64,000 bases of DNA. Origin: the human T2T-CHM13v2.0 reference genome, Homo sapiens. Shown piece after piece: positions 25,800 through 45,551 of the stretch (positions within the stretch are counted from its first letter, which is position 1; every line of letters starts with the position of its first letter). Location of the stretch: assembly GCF_009914755.1 (NCBI RefSeq), contig NC_060930.1. One strand, 5' to 3'. A program made the translations under genes and the position numbers. The notes below the pieces were generated by a model, which was not told where the DNA came from, ran no database searches, and saw only the letters and a list, made by a program, of their open reading frames with translations.

Positions 25800-26590
25800 G
25801 AAATAAAGAAGACATAAATAAGGGCGGAGAAATACTATGTTCAAAGATTGGAATATTCAGTATTGTTGAGGTACCAAGTCTCCCACAACTGACCTGTGGA
25901 TTAAGTGCAATTCCAATCAAAATCATGGCAGGGCTGAACCTAAAAGTTTAAAAAAATAAAAAATAAAAATAAATCCTGGCAGGTTTTTTTTAAAAAGAAA
26001 TTACCAAGCTGATTTGTCAATTTATATGGAAATCTGAAGGACTTTGAATATCCACAATAATTTTTAAAAAGAAGAAACTTGGAAAATACACACTACCTGA
26101 TTACAAGACTTACTATAAAGCTCCAGGAATCAAGGTTGTGTTACTGGCATAAGGATAGCCATGAATCGGTGGAATAGAATAAAGAGTAGATGAATAAAAC
26201 CACACATATATGTCTCTGAAAAATGCTTTAAGGGGAAAGGATAGTGTTTTCAACAAATGGTGCTGGAAAAAAAAATGACAAGAAATAAGAGGAACACCAT
26301 ATCCAAAAACTCATTTGATATAAATCATAGATATAAACATAAGAGCTAAAGTTGCCAGCCTTCTAAAACAGTGCTACGCAATAGGCTATAATATGAGTCA
26401 CAAATGTGAGCCACATCGGTAATCTTTAATCTTCTGGTAGCCACATTTTAAAAAGTAAAAAGTAATCAATGAAATTATTTTTAACAATGTTTTATTTAAC
26501 CCAATACATCCAAAATATAATTTTAGCATGGAATCAGTATAAAAGATTATTGGCATATTTAACATTTTTTTCTCATACTTAGTCTTTCTT
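25800..26590 (+). mobile_element. Old L1M ORF2 fragment (~25800-26365) followed by a MER33-like hAT element (~26369-26590)
   Basis: L1 motifs TTCAACAAATGGTGCTGG and TTACTATAAAGCT; MER33-like GTAGCCACATTTTAAAAAGTAAAAAG...TTTATTTAACCCAATA. Confidence 0.55.
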
Positions 26591-27379
26591 GAAATTATTC
26601 CTTAGAGCCTCCAGGGCTTAGAAATTCCTTAATTTTACATCCTGCCATGTCAAGATTTCTTCCAGTTCCGGGGATTCTAGGATTTGCAGAAGACATCAGT
26701 ACCACTTACATTTCCAACTCTGGGTCCCGGAAAGAAAGAGTACAGAGACACAGTCGAGGCTGGCACCCACCTTAGCCTCCTCCTCTCCCAGCCTTCCTCC
26801 ACACACCAGGCAACTCACCCTGCCGGCAAGCTCGGGGTTTCATGAAGTGCCAGGCACTGGTGGGAAGTGGTCAGGAGATAACACAAACCCTGATCTCCGC
26901 AACCAGCCTCAGGAAGTCCTTCTGAAACCTACCCAGCCCCATTCCTGCCGCAGCCTGGGTGCTTTCCCCGGCGGAGCCACACGTCTGCAGAGGGTGATTC
27001 TAGAACACCCTTCCTCCCAATAACCCAGGGCTTCCTCCTTCATCTGCTTCAGGACTCAGCTCGCATGGCACCTCTCGGGAAATCTCACTCTCATGATAAT
27101 AACTTCAAATTGCACCTGGCTCCTTTCATCTTCCGTGCCTTGCTTTTCTCTTAATCATCCTTTATTTTCGGACACCCCTGTAGTTGACTTCAGTGACTTT
27201 TTATTGGCCACGTCTTTCAACCGAAGGTAAATTCCTTGAGAGCCATGATTTGTGCCTGTTTGGATTTGACCCAAGCGCCTAGAATAGCGCCTGACGAAAA
27301 GTAGATGCTCAACCAACAGTTAGGGGCTGAATAAATCTAGAGACCAGAACCTCTTAAAGTTGAGTCTGGGGCTGACAGG

Positions 27380-28700
27380 TCGGTATTTTCCCAATATATG
27401 ATTTTTGAGGTCCACAGGGGAGCGGTGGGGAGAGGCTTACCCAGGGTGGTGAGCGCAGCCTCAGTGGCAGAAATCCCCGTGCGCCCCCTCCTGCCGCAGA
27501 GGAAGACAGACCCCTACGGAGCCTCCAGGGCGCAGTCTCCAGGGCGGAGTCCCGGGGCGCTTCGGGCAGGGAGTCTGGGCCAAAGCGCCAAAATCCGCCG
27601 CTGTCGCTCAGCTGCAGCACGTTTCGCGCTGGGGAGCCTCTCCTGGTGGGCGACCGTCATGGACAATCGACAAGACCAGAAATTAGATTTGAGTCCAGAA
27701 TCAAGGACCTTTAAGCAGGGATTGGAGATGGCAGGGGGCCAGGATTAAGGGATATAGACAGCAGGTCCTGTCTGCTTAGGTTGCAAATGGGAAGAAGAGG
27801 CCGGATGCCAGGGTCCTGGACTCTCAGGGTTCGGGTGGGGCCAGAATCCTGGACTCTCAAGGCTGGGGAGGGGCCGCCCTCCAGGATCCAATAGGGTATA
27901 GGTTCAGATGCCTGGGTCCTGGAGGTCCGGGTAGTGGCGGAGGAACCGCCCTCGGGTTCCCGATGGATTGGGGACAAATGCTCAGCCCAGTCTGATTCCA
28001 GAAATCCTTGTAACCCAATATAGTCTCCAGCTCCGATGCCATGTCCTTCCCGGGTCCCAACGTGCTGGGGCTGGAGACTCATCTAGGGGATTCCGGGGAG
28101 GAGGGATCTTCCTCTCTGGAAGCAGCAGAACAAATTTCAGGGACTCAGGAGTCCAAGGCCTCATTCCAAAAACACTGAGAGGCTGCGTACTGGGAGCACA
28201 GTATGTCTGTGGGGTCCACCCAGACCTGGGAACCAGGTCTTAGGGCCTGCAGACCTCCCTCTGCCTTGAGGTCAGAGTCCACTGCCACTAACTGGGAGGA
28301 AACACCTGTCGCGGGACGGGGTCGCCCGCATGTGCACAGAGCCCTGTTCTGCCGAGATCCGAAGGGGAACCTGGGGAGGTCCCAGATGGGGAAGGGACAG
28401 GAGAGCTGGGTGTCTCTCCTCAGTCCTTCGGCCACACGGGGCCGCTGCCGCTCTACGCTTGGGTTCTGATGAGCTGCTCTGGAGAGGACGGGGCGGTGGT
28501 CTGAGTAAGACACAGATTGTTGATCCAGAAAGGATGTATCAATGAGGTGGGGCTGGGGTTGTCCAGGGGGTGGAAAGGCCTTCTGAGAAGCCCTGGACTG
28601 CGCGGGGTTCCGGCTCTGCGGAACAGAGGAGGGCTCTGGAGCTGCCTGTCTCTGAGGTTTCCAACTCCTCCTTGCAAACCCTCCCTCCAGCCTTTTCATG
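27380..28700. promoter_or_regulatory. CpG/GC-rich island-like region running into duplication copy B
   Basis: CpG clusters at 27420-27670 and 28300-28630. Confidence 0.5.
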
Positions 28701-30610
28701 GCAACACTCCAGGAAAATGGAAAGTTGATCATTTTTTTCTTCCACTCCTTAATCCTTTCCTGACTGCTACTTTTAGATAATTTTATTTTAGAAGAGTTTT
28801 AAATTTACATAAAAGTTGCAATGGTAGTACAGAGTTGCCATCCGCTCCACAGTCAGTTTCCCCTGATGTTAACATCTCTCATTACTATGGTCCATTTGTC
28901 ACAGCTAATGAAGCCATTTTCATACCTTATTATTACTAAACTGCAGACTTTATTTGGAGTTCATTAGCGTTCCCCTAATGTCCTTTCTGTGTTTCAGGAT
29001 TCCATGGAGAATATCACACTACATTTAGTCTCTGTCGTGCCTCCACGGCATCCTCTGGTCTGTGACAATTCCTGAGATTTTCCTAATTTTTGATGCCTTT
29101 CACAATATCGGGAAGTACTGACCAGATATATTGTAAAATATCCCTCAAACTGAATTTAGTTGGGGTGTAGATCATGGTTAGACTATGGTTATGGATGTTT
29201 AGATGAGGTGAAGTGCTGTTCTCCAAACACATTATCAAGATTATATCAATTTGATGTACCACTGTTGATGTTGAAGTTGACCATCCATATTTTTACTTCC
29301 TGTAGCTGCCACAAAAATGCCCTCAAAGTTGGCAACTTACAACAACAGAAAATTATTCTTTCACAGTTCTGGAGGCCCAGGGCATTGGTCAGCGTTCTTT
29401 GGCTTGTAGCCCCATTGCTCCAGTCTCTGCCTCCTTCTTCACATTGCCTTCTCCTCTTCTGACTCTCTCTTCTGTGTACCTGTTAGGAAGACACTTTTCA
29501 TTGGATTTAGGGCCCACCTAGGTCATCCAGGAGGATCTCCTCATTTCAATATCCTCAGCTTAATTACATCTGCAAAGACCCTTTTTTTCCAAACAACTTG
29601 AAATTCACAGCTTCTGGGGACTAGGACAGAAACATATCTTTGTGGGGACAACCATTCAACCCACTACATCTGGCTAAGCTAATATTTCCCAGAGTGGCAA
29701 TCCACCAGTGCACCCCAGGTTACAATCCTCATTCTAATTCCCAAATAAACTCAACATATTTGGACATTTCTTTAATGTCTTTTTTTTTTTAGGTTGAAAA
29801 ATCTGGTATCAGAAGTGATCCTGAAGAAAGATTACCTTTGGAAGAGACTTATGCTGAGTTCATTGCTTGATTTCTTGCCTCTGTTTCTGAACATCTTTTG
29901 AGAGCAAAATTTACTTTCTAAAAAGATGAGTATGTGTCGACCCTTTAAAAGCTGTTTGGGCTATTGTCGCCATTCAATGAGAAACTTCAGTCTCCCCAAA
30001 GAGAAATTATCTGTTGTCAGGATAAACTGGTACATGAATAAACAAAATTGCCATTAGGGGTCGCACCAGTCTCAAGAAAAATCTGGAGAAAATGGTCACA
30101 GGATGGACAATTAGATCACAGGCTGCCCACTAAGTAAAAACAAAAATCCTATACTAGGCACACTATTAAAAAACAAATCGCTCCAGCCTCTACCATTTCC
30201 TCACAGGGATTATGGAATTTTTCTTTTGCTGTCGAGAAATTAATAAGAGGCAGAACAGGATGCCAAAATTCCAAAGCATCCAATATAGGCCGTCTTCTGG
30301 GACTCCTGTCAGCTATATGGTCAAAATTTATGGTCGGTGGCTCATGCCTATAATCCCAGCACCTTGGGAGACCAAGGTGGAAGGATCACTTGAGCTCATG
30401 AGTTTGAAACCATCCTGGGCAACATAGCAAGAGCTCATCTCTATTTTTAAAAATTAAAATAAATAAGGAAAGAAAAAAAAATTAAGGTCCTCTCCTGTGT
30501 ACGTTTTGAAATCAATGGGTAGAGTACGCCAAAGTTAATTTGGATCTTCAATGGCCATCCTTGGGGCCTTTTGAGTTCCCCAAACTTGTCTTCCTTAAAA
30601 CAAAACTAGA
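28342..30610 (+). repeat. Segmental duplication copy B (paralogous to 1-2655); the ERV-like sequence continues to ~30920
   Basis: Direct alignment to copy A; lacks the AluS and AluY of copy A and has a deletion within MLT1. Confidence 0.95.
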
Positions 30611-30923
30611 AGACCATGGTCCTAAAATTAAACAATGTGAATGGGAGGCTTAGTTTACTTGGTACTTCAAAGTTTCATAATGCATTCGGGATTCAAACAT
30701 TGCCTCCCTCTAAGATTCTATCACAAAATTAACTGAGACCAGCAAACAGTTAAGGAAGGACAACAAGGCTTTAGGGCCCCAGATTCTTTCCTCTCCAGAG
30801 GAGAGATTTCCTGTTCTCTTTCCTCTGTTCTTCTGTATCCACCTTTGGCTGAATTACCTTTCCCTCCAATTCCTCAGCTTCCACTACCCTTGAACCTGGA
30901 CTGTTAAAACTTATCCCCTTAAT

Positions 30924-31203
30924 GGCCGGGCACCATAGCTCACGCCTGTAATCCCAGCACTTTGGGAGGCTGAGGCAGGCAGATCACGAGGTCAGGAGAT
31001 CGAGACCATCCTGGCTAACACGATGAAACCCCGTCTTTACTAAAAATACAAAAAATTAGCCGGGCGTGGTGGCAGGTGCCTGTGGTCCCAGCTACTCAGG
31101 AGGCTGAGGCAGGAGAATGGCGTCAACCAGGAGGTGGAGGTGGCAGTGAGCCGAGATCACGCCACTGCACTCCAGCCTGGGTGACAGAGCGAGACTCCGT
31201 CTC

Positions 31204-31243
<40 letters not shown>

Positions 31244-31800
31244 GAAGATACTTGAACAAGCATATTGATAGCAGCACAATTGGTGATTGCAAAAATATGG
31301 AACCAGCCCAAATGCCCATCAATCAATGAATGGATAAAGAAAATGTAATTTTATATATATCTATATCTATATATATCTATATCTATATATAGATATATAG
31401 ATATATAATGGAATACTACACAGTCATAAAAAGAAAGGAAATAATGGCATTCAAAGCAACCTGGATGGAGCTGGAGACCATTATTCTGAGTGAATTAACT
31501 CCGGAATGGAAAACCAAGCATTGTATGTTCTCACTTATAAATGGGAGCTAAGCTATGAGAACACAAAGGCTTAAGAATGATACAATGGACTTTGGGAACT
31601 GGCGGGGGAAGGGTGGGAGGGAGCTGAGGGATACAAGACTACACATTGTGTACAGTGTACACTAATCAGGTGCTGGATGCGCCAAAATCTTGGAAATCAC
31701 CACTAAAGAACTTATCCATGTAAACAAACACCACCTGTTCCCCCAAAACTATTGAAATTTAAAAATGTTTTAAATAAATAAAATTTAAAAGGATTAAAAA
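30924..31800 (+). mobile_element. AluY-like element (30924-31245) followed by an L1PB-like 3' fragment (~31250-31800)
   Basis: Alu consensus; L1 3' UTR similar to 25320-25770. Confidence 0.85.
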
Positions 31801-31895
31801 TGGATTATTTGCTTTCAAAAAAAAAGAAATCACCACTTGCACAGTTTTTATGTAATGTGAAATATGAATATCCACAATTACATGAAAAGCTGTTA

Positions 31896-33143
<1,248 letters not shown>

Positions 33144-33209
33144 AATCCTTCCTTTTTCAACTCAATATTTGTGTAAGGCTAGATTTTTTAACATATACAC
33201 TTCAATCAA

Positions 33210-33830
33210 AGTAAGAAAATGGCTGGGATGCAGCTGGAGGCCATAATCCTAAGTGAATTAATGCAGGAACAGAAAACCAAATACTGCATCTTCTCACTTA
33301 TAATTGGGAGCTAAACACTGAGCACACATAGACATAAACATGTGTATAACAGACACTGTAGATGACTAGAGTGGAGAGGGTGGGGACGTGGGTTGAAAAA
33401 CTACCTGTGGGTACTATGTTCACTACCTGAGTGACAGGATCCATACCCCAAACCTCAGCATCAGACAACATACCCATGTAACAAACCGGCACATGTAACC
33501 CCTGTATCTATTTTTTTCTGGTTTTTTTTTTTTTTTTGAGACAATTTCACTCTTGTTGCTCAGGCTGGAGCGCAATGGCGTGATCTCGGCTCATCGCAAC
33601 CTCTGCCTCCCGGGTTCAAGCGATTCTCCTGCCTCAGCCTCCTGAGTAGCTGGGATTACAGGTATGCGCCACCACCTCCAGCTAATTTTGTATTTTTAGT
33701 AGACATGGGGTTTCTCCATATTGATAAGGCTGGTCTCGAACTCCCGACTGGGATTACAGGCGTGAGCCACCGCGCCTGGCCACCCCCTGTATCTAAAATA
33801 AAAGTTAAAAATTTAAAAATAAGTACATAA
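33210..33830 (+). mobile_element. L1 3' end fragment interrupted by an antisense Alu (~33510-33782)
   Basis: CAGAAAACCAAATACTGCATCTTCTCACTTATAA...; TSD-like CCCCTGTATCTA on both sides of the Alu. Confidence 0.8.
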
Positions 33831-33914
33831 GAGAATGTATGCTATGAGCCAAGAATGATGCTTGCAAAATTTTGCAAGAACAACACTTATGAAAATGAAA
33901 AATAATCACTCTTC

Positions 33915-35460
<1,546 letters not shown>

Positions 35461-35479
35461 GGACTAATTTCTAAGAGTG

Positions 35480-35718
35480 TGCAGAGATACCGAAACCTAA
35501 AAGTTTAAGAACTGCTGATTGCTGGGAAACTCTGCAGTTTCCCGTTCCTCTCGTAACCTGGTCATGTGTCCTTCTTCCTGGATACTCATGACGCAGACTC
35601 AGTTCTCATTCCCAATGGGTGTCGGGTTTCTAGAGAAGCCAATCAGCGTCGCCACGACTCCCGACTATAAAGTCCCCATCCGGACTCAAGAAGTTCTCAG
35701 GACTCAGAGGCTGGGATC
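35480..35718 (+). promoter_or_regulatory. HLA-E: HLA-E promoter: interferon response region, SXY module, CCAAT and TATA boxes
   Basis: Inverted repeat GGGAAACT-CTGC-AGTTTCCC at 35524-35543; X1/X2-like CCTTCTTCCTGGATACTCATGACGCA at ~35570-35595; CCAAT 35639-35643; TATAAA 35666-35671. Confidence 0.85.
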
Positions 35719-38768
<3,050 letters not shown>

Positions 38769-38935
38769 AGGTGAGATTCTGGGGGTCTGAAGTGGGTGGA
38801 GGGTGGGGCAGAGGGGACAGGACTGGGTTGTGGGGATTTTTTGATTCAGAATTTTTGAGTGTGTGGTGGGCTGTTCAGAGTGTCATCACTTACCGTGACT
38901 GACCTGAATTTGTTCATGACTATTTTCTTCTGTAG

Positions 38936-40385
38936 CCTGAGACAGCTGCCTTGTGTGCGACTGAGATGCACAGCTGCCTTGTGTGCGACTGAGATGCAGG
39001 ATTTCCTCACGCCTCCCCTATGTGTCTTAGGGGACTCTGGCTTCTCTTTTTGCAAGGGCCTCTGAATCTGTCTGTGTCCCTGTTAGCACAATGTGAGGAG
39101 GTAGAGAAACAGTCCACCTCTGTGTCTACCATGACCCCCTTCCTCACACTGACCTGTGTTCCTTCCCTGTTCTCTTTTCTATTAAAAATAAGAACCTGGG
39201 CAGAGTGCGGCAGCTCATGCCTGTAATCCCAGCACTTAGGGAGGCCGAGGAGGGCAGATCACGAGGTCAGGAGATCGAAACCATCCTGGCTAACACGGTG
39301 AAACCCCGTCTCTACTAAAAAATACAAAAAATTAGCTGGGCGCAGAGGCACGGGCCTGTAGTCCCAGCTACTCAGGAGGCGGAGGCAGGAGAATGGCGTC
39401 AACCCGGGAGGCGGAGGTTGCAGTGAGCCAGGATTGTGCGACTGCACTCCAGCCTGGGTGACAGGGTGAAACGCCATCTCAAAAAATAAAAATTAAAAAA
39501 TAAAAAAAGAACCTGGATCTCAATTTAATTTTTCATATTCTTGCAATGAAATGGACTTGAGGAAGCTAAGATCATAGCTAGAAATACAGATAATTCCACA
39601 GCACATCTCTAGCAAATTTAGCCTATTCCTATTCTCTAGCCTATTCCTTACCACCTGTAATCTTGACCATATACCTTGGAGTTGAATATTGTTTTCATAC
39701 TGCTGTGGTTTGAATGTTCCCTCCAACACTCATGTTGAGACTTAATCCCTAATGTGGCAATACTGAAAGGTGGGGCCTTTGAGATGTGATTGGATCGTAA
39801 GGCTGTGCCTTCATTCATGGGTTAATGGATTAATGGGTTATCACAGGAATGGGACTGGTGGCTTTATAAGAAGAGGAAAAGAGAACTGAGCTAGCATGCC
39901 CAGCCCACAGAGAGCCTCCACTAGAGTGATGCTAAGTGGAAATGTGAGGTGCAGCTGCCACAGAGGGCCCCCACCAGGGAAATGTCTAGTGTCTAGTGGA
40001 TCCAGGCCACAGGAGAGAGTGCCTTGTGGAGCGCTGGGAGCAGGACCTGACCACCACCAGGACCCCAGAACTGTGGAGTCAGTGGCAGCATGCAGCGCCC
40101 CCTTGGGAAAGCTTTAGGCACCAGCCTGCAACCCATTCGAGCAGCCACGTAGGCTGCACCCAGCAAAGCCACAGGCACGGGGCTACCTGAGGCCTTGGGG
40201 GCCCAATCCCTGCTCCAGTGTGTCCGTGAGGCAGCACACGAAGTCAAAAGAGATTATTCTCTTCCCACAGATACCTTTTCTCTCCCATGACCCTTTAACA
40301 GCATCTGCTTCATTCCCCTCACCTTCCCAGGCTGATCTGAGGTAAACTTTGAAGTAAAATAAAAGCTGTGTTTGAGCATCATTTG
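38936..40385 (+). other. HLA-E: HLA-E exon 8 (non-coding 3' UTR) with proximal ATTAAA (39181-39186) and distal AATAAA (40358-40363) polyA signals
   Basis: Acceptor TTCTTCTGTAG at 38935; class I 3' UTR similarity; GU/U-rich sequence after the distal signal. Confidence 0.85.
39198..39508 (+). mobile_element. AluY-like element in the HLA-E 3' UTR
   Basis: TSD AAGAACCTGG at 39190-39199 and 39507-39516. Confidence 0.92.
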
Positions 40386-41105
40386 TATTTCATTTGTGCG
40401 TTTTGTGCCTTGTTGTTTTAATTTTTTAACCACATTCAAGCTATCCTTTGGCTTCCAATGCCATGGTCCACCCAGAACTGCATTCACTGGCCCGTGTTCT
40501 AGTTCTGGTCATGCCGACTTTCCCGTTTTCCTGGTGAATCCCTGTAATCACCTGAGTCTCATTCTGTCAGGTGATATCCAGTAAGAAGGCAACATGTGCG
40601 GTGAGAAAGCCCAGGGAGTCCTGGGTGTGAATTTTTACTTTGCCATTTCTTCCTGTGTGACACGCGGTGGGGCTTCACCTGTCTGAGCTCCAGTTCCTCA
40701 TCTTGTACGTGGCACTGTTTTCTTGGGAGAGTCATTATAAAGCTAATATAAAGTACCTGTACTGTGGTTTGAATGTGTCCTCCAAAAAGCGTGTGTTGGA
40801 AACTGAATCCACAATGCAACCATATCGGGAAGTGAATCCTAATGGCTGGCTGGCCATGGAGGTTCCAACTTTATGAATGGATTAATACTGATTATAAAAG
40901 GGCTTGAGGTTGAGGCAAGTTCAACCTCTTGCCCTCACTCACCCACTTGCCTTTACCAAGAGATGATACAGCAAAAAGACTCACCAAATGCCGGGATCTT
41001 GATATTAGACTTCTTATCCTCCAGAACCATGAAATAGGCTGCTTTGCTTTATAAATTACTCAGTCTGCGTATTATATTACAGCAACACAAGATGGGCAAC
41101 CTGAT
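39700..41105 (+). mobile_element. Two MaLR LTR pieces (MST/MLT1A-like; ~39700-39960 and ~40760-41105)
   Basis: Both begin T(G/A)CTGTGGTTTGAATG; the second ends ...TTTATAAATTACTCAGTCTG...ATTACAGCAACACAA. Confidence 0.7.
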
Positions 41106-41241
41106 ACTTAGGTTTCAGTTAGTGGTAGATATTTTTATTTCAAGCATTCCTACTGGAGTATTAGTTTCTTCATAAGCCCAGAATCTTTGCATTTTAGCAA
41201 CAACAAATAAGTCTTTTTTTTTTTTTTTTTTTTGAGACTGA

Positions 41242-41549
<308 letters not shown>

Positions 41550-41976
41550 TAGATTTGATGGAAATTTGGACTCCTATATCCTACTTTTTATCCCACTCCT
41601 ATATACTACTCCTTATTAGTGTCCCAGAAAGATGAACTATTTTCCTTCTCTACTTGGTCTGCCCATTTCTACTTCCTGCCATATCGGCAGGCTATGTTTG
41701 CCTCACCTCAAAGATCTGCCTTCCTCAGTTTTAGATCTTAAATCTTTTTAAGCCAGACTCCAAGGGATCTTTAACAAATATTTATCGAACCCTTCCTGTG
41801 TTCAAAGAATGTTGTGAGGTCCAGGGTGGGACTAGGGGGCGAGAAAGGTTCCTGCGCTGAAGGAATCTAAGATTTAGTAACAATGAATAAACAGACTTGA
41901 AGATAACTATTGTGGTTAGCGCTGAAAGAAACGTACAAAATGCCAAAAGTCAAGGAGGAAACTATGTTTTCTAGGA

Positions 41977-42446
41977 CAGTGGTTCCCAACATTTTTGGCA
42001 TCAGGGACCGGTTTCATGGAAGACAATTTTTCGGAGGGGTGGTTTTGGGATGATTCAAGCGCGTTACCTGTATTGTGGACTTTATTTCTATTATTACATT
42101 ATAATACATAATGAAATAATTATACAACTCACCATAATGTAGAGTCAGTAGGAGCCCTGAGCTTGTTTTCCTGCAACTAGACAGTCCCATCTGAGGGTGA
42201 TGGGAGACACTGACAGGTCATCAGGCATTAGATTCTCATAGGAGCGAGCAACCTAGATCCCTCGCATGCACAGTTCACAATAAGATTCACACTCCTATGA
42301 GAATCTAACCCCACTGCTGATCTGACAGGAGGCAGAGCTCAGGCGCTAATGCTTGGTCACCTGCCACTCACCTCCTGCTGTGCAGCCCAGTTCCTAACAG
42401 GCCATGGACCGGTACCAGTCCATGGCCCAGGGCTTGGGAACCCCTG
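41977..42446 (+). mobile_element. MER1A-like hAT-Charlie DNA transposon
   Basis: Imperfect TIRs CAGTGGTTCCCAAC / CTTGGGAACCCCTG; 8-bp TSD TTCTAGGA / TTTTAGGA. Confidence 0.85.
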
Positions 42447-43320
42447 TTTTAGGAGACTTAGGTTTTTCTAAAGGAAAAAATGTTTGAGTTATGCTTTGAA
42501 AAATGTAAGACACCACTGTAGATGTTTTAATCAGGGAATTGGGTTATTACCAAAAAAAAATGTTGGAAGATGAAAGAGCAGGTTCTTTATGCCTCCTGGC
42601 TTGACCCTGGAACAATTTAGAACCAGCCCAGTGAGGCATGTACTCCCCATGAGGCCACACAAGAGCTGTGCTTTCTTAGATCTGGATCCCACTACCACAT
42701 AGGGGTTCCTGGGCACCTGGACACCAGGGAAGAGGGGTCAACCAGGTCCCACTCCTCTGGCATGACACTCAGTGATTCAGTCAAGATACTGTTGGGAAAA
42801 CAGCCCATGCCATGGGACTTCCCCATGGTCGGAAAAGTCTTGAATAGCTAAAAGCAAAACAGGATAGTTAGGCTGCATTATGTAGATAATGGTGACTCAT
42901 GGGCAGGCCCTGCCTCCTTGGGCCATTGTATGTGAACAGATCTTTGTGTGATTATGGGATAATTCTGGGTTCTTTTCTCCATGTGCCTGTTCTTAATTGG
43001 CCCAGGAGAGGGAACCCAAGGGAAGGAGGAACCCGAGTGATCTTGTCCTCTTTTGACATCTCATTTCTAGCCACAAGGTTATGAATCATAGATCTCCAGA
43101 AGTCAGTGGTCCTAGAGGAAAAAAGCATCTGCCATAGCAGCAGAATGACAGGGAGACAGCTATTCCTATTACTAGAGTTTTAACAGCCCCTCTCAGCCAG
43201 CTAGCCCAGACTAGGATCTTAACGGGGGCTGGGACTTACTTCCATATATTGTAAATGATGTAACCTTGTCTTCATGATGACCTTAAATATATCTTGATGA
43301 ACAGTATAAGAAAGCAAATG

Positions 43321-43745
43321 AAGCCTGGGCGCGGTGGCTCACGCCTGTAATCCCAGCACTTTGGGAGGCTGAGGCGGGTTGATCACCTGAGGTTGGGAGT
43401 TCAAGACCAGCCTGACCAACACGGAGAAACCCTGTCTCTACTAAAAATAAAAAATTAGCTGGGCGTGGTGGCGCATGCCTGTAATCCTAGCTACTCAGGA
43501 GGCTGAGGCAGGAGAATCGCTTGAACCCAGGAGGCTGAGGTTGTGCAGTGAGCCAAGATCACACCATTGCACTCCAGCCTGAGCAAGAAGAGCGAAACTG
43601 CGCTTCGAAAAGAAAGAAAGAGAGAGAGGGAGGGAGGGAGGAAGGAAGGAAGGAGAGAGAAAGAAAGAAAGAGAGAGAGAAAGAAAGAAAGGAAAGAAGG
43701 AAAGAAGGAAAGAAAGGAAGAAAGGAAGAAAGAAAGAAAGGCAAA
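43321..43745 (+). mobile_element. AluS with a GA-rich expanded tail ((GAAA)/(GGAA)n, 43605-43745)
   Basis: Alu consensus followed by a purine microsatellite; TSD-like GCAAATGA on both flanks. Confidence 0.88.
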
Positions 43746-44353
43746 TGATCACTTAGAGGATTTTGTTTGGTAGTTAAAACCATTTTGAAACAGAGGGAGG
43801 GAAGAAATCACCTATGCTTCCTCAGTGGTAAAGAGACTGGGAACCACCACGCCAGAGTTAGAAAATATGAGGCAACAGAAGGGCTGTTATATGTAGTGAA
43901 AATTTCCAAACCCGGTCCCCTGGAGGGAATACCTGGTGACTGGGCCTTAGAGGAAAGAGATGCTTGTCCAGCCCATTGCCTGTGTGTCCAGGAGAGACTG
44001 TGCCCACCTTGAGAGACTGAGAGAAGACCCTAGTGAGGAGAAGCCCCCAGGCCAGCCGTCAGCACAGGGCATTGGAGGTCCCCAACCAGCTCCAAGTCCT
44101 GAACAGAGCACAGCCTCCAGAGGTTTGTACTGTTCATACCCAGCAGAGGCTGTGTGCCAGCCCTCCCCATGCAAATCAGCGTCCCTGCAGGGTATGTAAA
44201 GGACCTCTACCTATGCTTTCTATGGGGGAACAAATATCCCATGGGACACTGAAAGACTATGGAACATTGTAGAACATGTATTTACCAAACTGTGTCCAAC
44301 TCAGAGCCTAAATTGTTTATTGGTGCTGTTTCAACCAGTACACGTGATTCTTT

Positions 44354-45551
44354 TTTTTTTTTTTTTTTTAGTATTTATTGATCATTCTTGAGTGTTTCTC
44401 GGAGAGGGGGATTTAGCAGGGTCATAGGACAATAGTGGAGGGAAGGTCAGCAGATAAACATGTGAACAAAGGTCTCTGGTTTTCCTAGGCAGAGGACCCT
44501 GCGGCCTTCTGCAGTGTTTGTGTCCCTGGGTACTTGAGATTAGGGAGCGGTGATGACTCTTAATGAGGATGCTGCCTTCAAGCATCTGTTTAACAAAGCA
44601 CATCTTGCACCGCCCTTAATCCATTTAACCCTGAGTGGACACAGCACATGTTTCAGAGAGCACGGGGTTGGGGGTAAGGCTATAGATCAACAGCATCCCA
44701 AGGCAGAAGAACCTCTCCCAGTACAGAACAAAATGGAGTCTCCCATGTCCACCTCTTTCCACACAGACACAGTAACAATCTGATCTCTCTTTCTTTTCCC
44801 CACATTTCCCCCTTTTCTATTCGACAAAACCGCCATCGTCATCATGGCCCGTTCTCAATGAGCTGTTGGGTACACCTCCCAGACGGGGTGGCGGCCGGGC
44901 AGAGGGGCTCCTCACTTCCCAGACTGGCCGGGCAGAGGCGCCCCCCACCTCCCGAACGGGGCGGCTGGCAGGGCGGGGGCTGCCCCCCACCTCCTGGACG
45001 GGGCGGCTGCCGGGCAGAGACGCTCCTCACTTCCCAGACGGGGCGGCTGCCGGGCGGAGGGGCTCCTCACTTCTCAGACAGGGCGGCCCGGCAGAGACGC
45101 CCCTCACCTCCCAGACGGGGTGGCGGTCGGGCACAGACACTCCTCAGTTCCCAGACGGGGTCGCCGCCGGACAGAGGCGCTCCGCACATCCCAGACGGGG
45201 CGGCGGGGCAGAGGCGCTCCCCACATCTCAGACGATGGGCGGCCGGGCAGAGACGCTCCTCACTTCCTAGATGGGGTGGTGGCCGGGCAGAGGCTGCAAT
45301 CTCGGCACTTTGGGAGGCCAAGGCAGGCGGCTAGGAGGTGGAGGCTGTAGCGAGCCGAGATCACGCCACTGCACTCCAGCCTGGGCAAGATTGAGCACTG
45401 AGTGAGCGAGACTCCGTCTGCAATCCCGGCACCTCGGGAGGCCGAGGTGGGCAGATCACTCGCGGTCAGGAGCTGGAGACCAGCCCTGCCAACACGGGGA
45501 AACCCCATCTCCACCAAAAAATACAAAAACAAAAAAAACAAAAAAAAAAAC
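44354..45551 (-). mobile_element. 5'-truncated SVA (A/B-like)
   Basis: PolyT, SINE-R, VNTR and partial Alu-like domain; no hexamer; TSD CA(C/A)GTGATTCTTT at 44341-44353 and 45552-45564. Confidence 0.93.
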
